This document shows, one piece after another, positions 55,586 to 64,000 of a DNA stretch of 64,000 nt (within the stretch, counting starts at the first letter, position 1; every line of letters begins with the position of its first letter). Position numbers and translations under genes: made by a program. Source of the stretch: Schmidtea polychroa (lineage: Eukaryota); the NCBI GenBank assembly GCA_044892525.1, contig CM097885.1:806001-870000 (forward strand), in the 5' to 3' direction. The notes beneath the pieces were generated by a model. It made no database searches, was not told where the DNA came from, and was given only the letters and a program-made list of their open reading frames with translations.

Positions 55586-56223
55586 ATGAAATTACGAAAT
55601 GATGCAGTATACCAAATCGTTGGTCCAAGCGGTAGCGGAAAAACATTATTTGTTTGTAAAATACTAAAATCAAATTTATTCAAAACAAAATTCAACAATA
55701 TTTATTGGCATAGGGGCGCCGACGAAGAACATGGATTGGCGCAATCAAGTTTCTGTCAGTTGAAAAACATGAAAATAGTAAAGGGATTTGATAAAAACTG
55801 GTCCAGTCGGTTGAAGAAAGGTGATGTCATCATTATCGATGATTTATACCAAGAAGCCAATAAAGAAAAAGATTTTAATAATTTATTCACAAAAATCAGC
55901 AGACATGTCGGTGTAACAGTTATTTTCATAACACAAAATCTATTTCATCAAGGTGGTGCACATCGTACACGTAATTTAAATGTACAATATTTAGTTATTT
56001 TCAAGAATCCTAGAGATGCAACTGTCATTGATTTTCTTGGACGACAAGCATACCCTAATAACCGTAATTTTCTTATCAGTGCATTTCAAGATGCTACTAA
56101 AATACCGCTGGATATATATTTCTTGATTTCACACAACAATGTCCTGATGATTTACGGGTAAAAACTGATATTTTCAACCCAAAAGGTGCCATGGTTTATA
56201 AACAAAATTCAAAACAAAGTTGA
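55586..56223 (+). CDS. A32/FtsK-like genome-packaging ATPase; frameshift near 56105
   Basis: Walker A GPSGSGKT, Walker B IIIDD, ISRH and ITQN motifs. The expected C-terminus GYIFLDFTQQCPDDLRVKTDIF continues in another frame to TGA at 56221-56223. Confidence 0.92.
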
Positions 56224-56235
56224 AACATATAAAAC

Positions 56236-56724
56236 ATGTTTTCAAAAACAAGGATAACAAGGAAGAAAGAACCAAAAATTCCACCAACCACTAGTTATAC
56301 TCCATCTAAAGAACTTGTTACTGAAAATTTTCCTGCAAAAAATCTTATTTCGAAAAATCCTAAACCTAAACCTAACCGTAAAACCAGTAAGAAATTAAAA
56401 GTTGTTAAAAATCATCGGAGTTTCCCGTTTTTTAATACATTGTTAAAGGCACCGAGTATAAAAAGAATGAATATTTTGCAATCATTTCCAAATTTTGTTG
56501 TCGATGATTTACTCGATATTATACTTAAAGTAGTCAAAGGCAAGATTAAAATCAGTAAATCCAAAAAGCATATATTGGGTAAACATAGGAAACCTTTGTT
56601 ATCATTAGTAAATAATAAAAATCGTAAACAAATGAGAAAAATTATATATAAACAACAAGGCGGATTTATTGGTGCATTGATACCTTTGGCATTATCATTA
56701 TTAGGTGGAGTAACACAGTCATAA
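56236..56724 (+). CDS. Basic virion core protein (adenovirus pX/pVII-like), putative protease substrate
   Basis: 162 aa, K/R-rich. Ends QQGG|FIGALIPLALSLLGG, a di-glycine adenain-type cleavage motif followed by a hydrophobic tail. Confidence 0.7.
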   Translation: MFSKTRITRKKEPKIPPTTSYTPSKELVTENFPAKNLISKNPKPKPNRKTSKKLKVVKNHRSFPFFNTLLKAPSIKRMNILQSFPNFVVDDLLDIILKVVKGKIKISKSKKHILGKHRKPLLSLVNNKNRKQMRKIIYKQQGGFIGALIPLALSLLGGVTQS

Positions 56725-56785
56725 ACAATGGGAGCTAATCCTTCATTACCTGACATTAAATTTAATATTAAATCTTCTTGTTGTA

Positions 56786-57173
56786 ATGGAGAAGATTTGG
56801 ACAAACCCAGAAGACGAAGCGGGTTTCGGTGGAGTCGCAAAATTAAAGACAAGAGTTCCAAATTCGAAAAAGGAAACCCAGAAGTGGTTATCAGACCAGC
56901 TTGCGTACAGTTTGAACAAACCAATGCAGAAACGATTCCCAACAAGAACATATAAAACATTTGGAATAAACGATTTATGGCAAATGGATTTGATGGAGAT
57001 GATACCATATTCAAAAATTAACAATGGTTATAAATATATTTTAACATGTATTGATGTATTCAGTCGGTTTGCCCGAGCGATTCCAGTCAAGGCAAAATCT
57101 GCAGATAAAATGTCCAAAGCTATTAATAATTTATTTAAAAAAGGACATCCTAATAACTTGCAAACAGATTTAG

Positions 57174-57232
<59 letters not shown>

Positions 57233-57871
57233 TTTTATTTTTTAGGTAAAGAATTCTACAACAGTAAAGTCAAGCAAATCCTCAATAAACTGAAAATAAA
57301 CCATTACTCAGTATATTCTCAATACAAAGCAGCTTATGTTGAAAGATTTAACCGAACATTGAGAGATAGATTAAAGAAATTATTTGTGCATCAAGGTAAT
57401 AAAAAATGGGTAAATGTTTTACCAAAAATAATAACCAGTTATAATCATTCATCACATCGAGGACTGAATGGATTAAGACCGATTGATATCACTTCAAAAA
57501 CATTCTATTCTAAAAAACATGTAAAAATTGCAAAACCTAAATATAAAGTAGGTGACCATGTTAGAATTAGTAAAATTAGTGCATCACCATTTATAAAAAA
57601 TTTTGATACAAATTGGAGTGATGAAGTCCTTGTAATTTTGAAAATAAATACTAGCCAGAGTCCTGTAATGTATGTCATTAAAGACAATGATAATAATGTT
57701 GTACAAGGAAAATTTTATGAGCAAGAATTACAAGTTATTCCTCCTCCAAAAGTATTTAGAATTCAAAAAATATTGAAAACTAAAAAGGTCGGCAAGGATA
57801 AACAATACTATGTCAAATGGCATGGATATCAAAACCCATCATGGATATCAGAAAAAGACCTAGTAAAGTGA
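56786..57871 (+). CDS. Retroviral-like (RVE) integrase with C-terminal chromodomain; intron 57174-57245
   Basis: Motifs WQMDL, IDVFSR, QTDLG^KEF and VERFNRT. Chromodomain FRIQKIL...QYYVKWHGY...SWI. The poly-Ile run in the ORF track is a 72-nt GT-AG intron. Confidence 0.95.
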
Positions 57872-58884
57872 ATTTCTATACTATTTTACCAAGCAATAGC
57901 TGCCCATTAATTCATCCGGACAATCAAGCCAGCAAATTCATGGTCAATCTCCAGAATCCGATTTCTTTAAATGGTGACTGGGAAGTTGCACTGCAAGATT
58001 TTACATTCGTGTACAACACATTCCCATTTTATAGTCAATGTAAGATTGATTTCAAAAAGAATGTTCTGAAAACATGTAGCGGTATCTTTGTCATCAGTAA
58101 TTATGATAAAACATATCATATTCCAAATCAAATATTAGATCAGCATTGCTATATATTTTACAAGGATGGATTAAATATCAGTTGTGATTTTAAACCATTT
58201 ACAATAACATTCGAAACTATTGAAGATGCCAAACGAATGGGTTGCAATAAGTTGAAAAATGATGTTATGGAAACAGAATATTTATTACGTTTTGATCTAT
58301 TTGAAGCAAACAGTTTAATGAAAGAAGAAATCAAAATATCAGTGTCGTATAATAATGAAGTTGAGAAATCATTCACCTTTGCTGACGAATTATATATTGA
58401 TAAACTTGATGTGTTACTTAAATATTTAAAGTACAATTGTTCACACATATTTAAAAGTTTGGACATTGTGAAAGATTTGCTGTTTACTTTCAGTTTGAAT
58501 GATGAAATTTGCGAAGTTACATTTGATAAAAATTTGACAAATACACTTGGATTAGAGAAGCAAAAATATCGAGGAAAAGCTGATGGTATACGTAAACCAA
58601 GAATACTTGAACATCATCAACAAATGTTCATATATACTAATATTATTGAGCCCATAATTGTTGGTGATTCCAGTGTTCCTCTATTGAAATCGGTATGGAT
58701 TGGAAAATATGAACACGATGAAGTTGTCAATATAAATATCGATAATCCCATGTATTTACCAATTGCAAGCTCATGTATAAACAATATAGAAATAAATATT
58801 CGTGACGATAGTGGAAACCTTATAAACTTTCCAAAAGATTCGAAAACTTATTTGACATTACATTTTCGTAAAGTAGATGGCTAA
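57868..58884 (+). CDS. Minor capsid protein (penton, single jelly-roll)
   Basis: N-terminus FYTILPSNS...NQASKF...L.GDWEVAL and C-terminus IYTNIIEP...PLL...YLP...IEINIRD...LTLHFR. The conserved start position reads GTG and overlaps the integrase stop. Confidence 0.9.
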   Translation: MNFYTILPSNSCPLIHPDNQASKFMVNLQNPISLNGDWEVALQDFTFVYNTFPFYSQCKIDFKKNVLKTCSGIFVISNYDKTYHIPNQILDQHCYIFYKDGLNISCDFKPFTITFETIEDAKRMGCNKLKNDVMETEYLLRFDLFEANSLMKEEIKISVSYNNEVEKSFTFADELYIDKLDVLLKYLKYNCSHIFKSLDIVKDLLFTFSLNDEICEVTFDKNLTNTLGLEKQKYRGKADGIRKPRILEHHQQMFIYTNIIEPIIVGDSSVPLLKSVWIGKYEHDEVVNINIDNPMYLPIASSCINNIEINIRDDSGNLINFPKDSKTYLTLHFRKVDG

Positions 58885-59239
58885 TTCTGATATTATTAGT
58901 ATGTATAGTGATAGCCAATCTGGCGGTGAATTACCATACTTCGTTGGTAAACAGTACGGATCAGGATGGCTAAAAACAATTGGGAGATTTGCACTTCCTA
59001 TTCTTAAACGTATTGGTAGTTTTGGTATGAAAACTGCAAAAGATGTAATTGTGAATGAACAGAAAATATTACCATCCCTAAAATCAAATGCTTTATCTGA
59101 ATTAGGGAAGGTTCTACCAAGTGTTGCTGGTATGTTTCAAAAAGAGTCAGTCCCTGAATATGTTCCAAAACGTAAAAGACATGGAATATCGCGTATAAAC
59201 AAACGAATGAAAGGACATGGAACTATATTTGCAAAATGA
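58877..59239 (+). CDS. Small core / membrane-active virion protein
   Basis: QSGG and QYGSG motifs, then an amphipathic helix WLKTIGRFALPILKRIG and a basic tail. Lies between the two capsid genes. Confidence 0.75.
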   Translation: MANSDIISMYSDSQSGGELPYFVGKQYGSGWLKTIGRFALPILKRIGSFGMKTAKDVIVNEQKILPSLKSNALSELGKVLPSVAGMFQKESVPEYVPKRKRHGISRINKRMKGHGTIFAK

Positions 59240-60456
59240 TTTGTGGTAAATCCGAATTATGTATATTTGATAGACCATCGCCTCAAGCGGTAATAGAATT
59301 TGGCGCCTTTGAGGAAGTTTTTCCTATGAATTCAATTACCGATAGTAGAAATGATATCGAGTTTTATATTAATGGTTCGCAAACTGAATATTTAGATTTG
59401 AACGATACATTATTGACTATTCAGATAAAGGTTGTAGATAAAGATAGAAAGGTTTTGGATGCCAATGCAGATGTAATACCGAACAATTTCCTGTTTCATA
59501 CTCTTTTTAAAGATGCAGTGTTGGGATTTAATAATATCAAGATTGAGGGTGGAAATAATACATTCATTCACAAGGCTTTGATAGAAACTATTTTAAATTA
59601 CAATTCTGATACTAAAAATACCTGTCTTACACCTATGGGTTATGCAGCAACAGATGATGAAAGAAAAAAGTGGGTTAAAGGCTCAAAAATATTCACTATG
59701 TGCTCATCATTACAACTCGACTTTATGGATCAACCGAAATATTTACTTCCTGGAGTTAATGTACATATTAGACTGAAAAGATCAGATTCTGCATTATCTC
59801 TTACTAGTGCAGGTGCACCAATATGTCAATTAGTTGATGCAAAATTATTGGTGAGAAGAGTTCGAGTGGACCCCTCAGTATTAGCTGGTCATCAATTGGG
59901 TCTTAATTCAAAACATGCAATTTATCCATTAAAGACAAAGGAAATTGTACAATTCGCTATTGCTAAAGGTGCTTCATCATTCTATAAAGAACAAATATTT
60001 GGTGACAGAAGAATGCCTAATTTTATCCTGATAACATTTCAAAGTGAAACTCAATATAACGGATCATATACTACATCCAGCTCAATTTTCAAAACCTTTG
60101 GTGTTACATCATTGACTTTGTCTAAAAATACCGATTATAGAGAAACATATACTCAAGATTTCGAAAGAGATAATTACTGTGCTACATATATGCAGAGTAT
60201 TGTTAGAAATTTGGGTTATTTAGATAAAAACTTAAATTGTGGAATAACTCATGAAGAATTTAAAACCAAATACCCATTTTTTACATTTGTTTTAGCCCCC
60301 GATTTTGATTTAAATCAGAGTCAATTACCACAAAACGGGAATTTACGACTGGATATAAAGTTTGCAAGAGCCATTACTGAACCGGTACATGTTATTATAT
60401 ATGGAGTATTTGAAAATGAAGTTCAAATTACTGCAAATAGAACTGTGCTAGTATAA
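59236..60456 (+). CDS. Major capsid protein (double jelly-roll, hexon-like)
   Basis: 406 aa with KSELCIF, YLDLNDTLL, QPKYLLPGV and GNLRLDIKF motifs typical of Polinton major capsid proteins. ATGA overlap with the upstream gene. Confidence 0.93.
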   Translation: MICGKSELCIFDRPSPQAVIEFGAFEEVFPMNSITDSRNDIEFYINGSQTEYLDLNDTLLTIQIKVVDKDRKVLDANADVIPNNFLFHTLFKDAVLGFNNIKIEGGNNTFIHKALIETILNYNSDTKNTCLTPMGYAATDDERKKWVKGSKIFTMCSSLQLDFMDQPKYLLPGVNVHIRLKRSDSALSLTSAGAPICQLVDAKLLVRRVRVDPSVLAGHQLGLNSKHAIYPLKTKEIVQFAIAKGASSFYKEQIFGDRRMPNFILITFQSETQYNGSYTTSSSIFKTFGVTSLTLSKNTDYRETYTQDFERDNYCATYMQSIVRNLGYLDKNLNCGITHEEFKTKYPFFTFVLAPDFDLNQSQLPQNGNLRLDIKFARAITEPVHVIIYGVFENEVQITANRTVLV

Positions 60457-60485
60457 ATGTGTGAATAAATCTAGATACATTTGTC

Positions 60486-60864
60486 ATGGAGTAAGTTTTC
60501 TTTAAACTAATAAAATTATTATGTTAGTTCTATTCAGATAAATCGAATTGGTACTCAAATATTAGGTAAAGAGTTTGTTGGAGTGTACCCACTAGACAAA
60601 ATCCCCTATTTAGATGTGAATCAAGCCATAATTGTCAACACAGATTCGTCTACTCTGGGTGGAGAACATTGGATTGCAGTCTATGTGAAGCCGAATAAAA
60701 TATATGTTTTCGATCCAATGGGATTTTACTATCCAGCCCTATTGATCAAAAAGCTATCAACTATTGGTCAAGTTGATTACAATAAAATTCGGTTTCAACA
60801 TCCATTAACAAATACTTGTGGACAACATTGTCTAGCTTGGCTAATGTATAAACATCTTTGTTAA
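60486..60864 (+). CDS. Adenain-like maturation cysteine protease; intron 60491-60527
   Basis: ATG GA|GTAAGT...CTAAT...TTAG|T splices to MDSIQINRIGTQILGKEFVGVY. Catalytic motifs GEHW, FDPMG and Q...CGQHC; 113 aa. Confidence 0.9.
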
Positions 60865-60994
60865 ATAAATGTATTGTAAAAAATGTTGTGTTACTTTATT
60901 TAAACAAAGTCGTTACTGAATTATGTATAATAAATGTAAAATATATATATATATATATATATATATTTTGAGCCTTGAATTTATTAATAATATT

Positions 60995-61183
<189 letters not shown>

Positions 61184-61398
61184 CGTTTCTCAACAATAAA
61201 TGCAATCAATATTTGCAGTCCTAAAGAGGACGTATACACATTCACAATAAAATATTTAGGACTCAAAAGAGAACCAATGCAATAAAAATAAACATAATTA
61301 TGAGAACCAATATGCATTAAAAGGACAATTATATTGGTTACAACAAGTGCCATTACAAAAGTTACAAATGAATCATTATATTGGTGGTTCGTTCTCAT
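61184..61398 (-). CDS. Possible small hydrophobic protein running into a microsatellite
   Basis: About 72 non-repetitive, hydrophobic codons after an ATG just downstream of pPolB. No recognisable motif. Confidence 0.25.
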
Positions 61399-61512
61399 CT
61401 GTTTTCAAAACTGTTCAGAAACTGTCAAAACTGGAGAAACTGTACAGAAACTAAAATAAAAATAAAAATATTTTTAAAAATAAAACGGATAAATCATTAC
61501 CATTAATCATTA

Positions 61513-64000
61513 TCATTCGTCTGCAGATGATTCATCAAGAGGCAAAATATTATTTAATTCATTATCTAAAATATTATAATGCCCATATGCGAAGCTCTTG
61601 TTCTCTTCAACCCAAACCCTTTTATCATCGTTATTTGTAAGTTCTAAATGTAAATAATTGATGGTTTCGTGTACCAAACCGGGATTGATTCACCTTCGGT
61701 ATATGCATTCCAAGATAACAATCCACATACGATTGATGTGTGATTTCTGTTCCCTTTAATGATACACCTTTGGCTTTATTTATAGTATCATTATCACTAG
61801 TTAGCAAACTATAGCATTTGGGTCTGAGGAATACCCATTCTTGATATGATTTGCCTTTGTTTTCGTCCTTGAATTTCCCAATTACAGAATCCAAATTTCG
61901 TGAATATAATGGATCTGTAGGATCGTAGTTGCTGGTGTCTAACAATCCGTCAGCAATCATTGCAGGAAGTAATTGTGATCGCAATTTGACATATTTACAT
62001 TCGAGGAAGAATGAGTCTGTATCCCCGGCTATGATATTTATTTGGCAATCGAACTGTGCTCGATATTTTGACAGTTCAATATATTGTAGTTCATACATTC
62101 TAAGTTTAGATAAGTCTAGCACTGTTTGACCAATGTAGCTAGGCCTATCTAAACAAACTACATCTTTATTCAGCAAAAGGGCAATCAAATCATCAGCAAT
62201 TTTAATTGAACGTCTAAATGTTGGCTTTGAAGTGTATTTAACCAATTTTTCGGCATTGTTGCACAATCTCAGATTTATTCTTTTCTTCAGATTCTCCACT
62301 GTCTTGCCGTAAACACTATTATTTAAAAGTTTATAAAAATCTCTATCTAAACTATTTTGTGATTCAGCTCGAAGTTGGGTATTTGTGTTGATATAATCCT
62401 TCAATATCGGCTTTTGTGTAAATTTTATTGCCCGATGTATATTGGTGACTTCCACTCCAAGGGCCATATATAATTTCAAAAGTCTCCAATGAATAACATA
62501 ATTAGTTTTCGCATGATGGGTTAATAATAATTTTGGTATATTTGAATCTGGTGGACACATTTTCTCTGCTGCGACTGGGAAATCATCTAATAGGTCGTGG
62601 ATATTTGACGGTATGACTAAATCAACTTCCAATGTGTATCCATAAGTTAAATTTTCTAGTTTGGAACTAATACAGTCAACTAAAATGGATAATAATTCCA
62701 CTTCATTATATATCCACTCAAAATCGCTACATGGCAAGTATTGGCTTAACGCCCACCCATACAGGTTGTTTATATCGATATAAAGCAACTCTGTTTCATC
62801 ATCTGTTACTGCGAAGTGTTTATTTACAAATGTGAGACCACCACGGATCCCACCCTCGAAGAAATTATACATCTCCATGTCCATCAGTAATTCCACTGGT
62901 TCTTCTAAGGTCATGAGCGCAGATGCCCAAGACATTCCAGGGATTCCAAAAAAATTGAGTGGCTCGAGTCCATTATGTGCTTTTGATCTTGCTCGAAATT
63001 GTTGGAAGAAATCGGCAAGTAAAAACACATCAAGTTTTAAATAAATTTGTAAATAATCCATTAGAGTTTCGCAACTTGTTTCTTGCCATATTTGTTGCGC
63101 TATTATATACTCTTCATTTGTAACGCCTTCCCAAATAGCGGGCAATTCATATGTTGTTTCTAATATTTCCTCACTTGTGGCAAAATCATAAGGAAAAATT
63201 CCTTTGTTGTTTATGATGGTTCCAGTATTGAATACTGAACGGGTCAAAGGCAATTCGTTCAATGTTTTTACTGCATTATGTAATGAAGTATTGACAAACT
63301 GATATGAGTCAATAAATCTTATTGTAAATTTACCCAGCCATGCTATCAATGTTAAAAATTTCTCTGTGCTTGTTGGTATGCAGCTGAGACTCCAATGATG
63401 AAATTGATTGAGCCCATATTTCAAAATGTGATGTAGATCATACCCTTTCAGATTATGAAATACGATGGGTAATGTTTCTCTGATTTTCCTTTGTTGATTG
63501 CATACATTGCATGAGGCTCCGAGATATTTGCCAGTGAAATGATCATGGTCTTTCACTTTCTCTGGCATTGGCTTTTTGCACAAGTAACAATTGACAACTG
63601 TGTGGAATTGCAGCTTTTCCTGATTTGTCAAAAATTTCATTTGACAATGCCCACTTGTCTTATAATAAACCTTCACTATATTGTTGACAATATTTTCTAC
63701 ATCCATCAGAAATCTGTATACACAATCTGGTCCAATAAAATGACTATATTTCGTTGACCCAGTAAAATTATTTACCAGTAACAGCCCCGCTGCTATAGGT
63801 AAATGTTTTTGGTGTTGTCTTTCATCAAGAGGTAAAACAGCTTCGAAGTCAGCATATATAACAAAAGGCGGAGTTACCATTTTTGACCAGTCATTAAATT
63901 TTAAATCTGAGTTTTCTGGCAACGTGTATAATGTTGTGCCCAATTGGTTTTTCTTGCATAAAGCTACATGCCTGTCAAAAGCATCTTCTCTTCTAAAACC
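61513..64000 (-). CDS. Protein-primed DNA polymerase B (5' part outside window); frameshift near 61640
   Basis: Exonuclease motifs IYADFE, HNLKGYD and YLKLD. EndoVII-like insert CYLC...DHDHFTG...CNVCN. Polymerase motifs YIDINNLYG, KLLNNSVYGK and AGDTDS. The tail LTNNDDKRVW...AYGHY is in a shifted frame ending at 61513. Confidence 0.96.

Noticed and set aside
56412..57024. ORFs overlapping the core protein and integrase genes (56412-57014, 56728-56955, 56746-57024)
   Set aside because: Alternative-frame or antisense shadows without motifs.

Overview
Very AT-rich eukaryotic DNA made almost entirely of transposon and endogenous-virus sequence. The (ATT)n microsatellites and 37-85 nt GT-AG introns would fit a planarian-like invertebrate, but the host is only inferred. 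The window has three parts. (1) 1-41.5 kb holds scrambled remains of Polinton/Maverick (adintovirus-like) elements: protein-primed DNA polymerase B (pPolB) fragments, several AGTAG-type termini and fold-back arms. Most of it is a tandem segmental duplication (2371-24026 / 24049-41045), and the first copy carries an extra 4.6-kb internal duplication. (2) 42.8-51.5 kb holds two tandem, degenerate R2-superfamily (RT + restriction-like endonuclease) non-LTR retrotransposons on the minus strand. (3) 51.6-64 kb is a nearly complete Polinton/adintovirus running off the right edge, with packaging ATPase, chromodomain integrase, minor and major capsid, two putative core proteins, adenain protease and pPolB. 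Its left accessory block is the most unusual part. It encodes a spliced Bcl-2-family protein (BH1, BH2 and a tail anchor, missed by the ORF track), a TATA-binding-protein homolog and a putative SSB. Several Polinton genes contain spliceosomal introns, two of them filled by (ATT)n microsatellites. All calls are by eye, without database searches.
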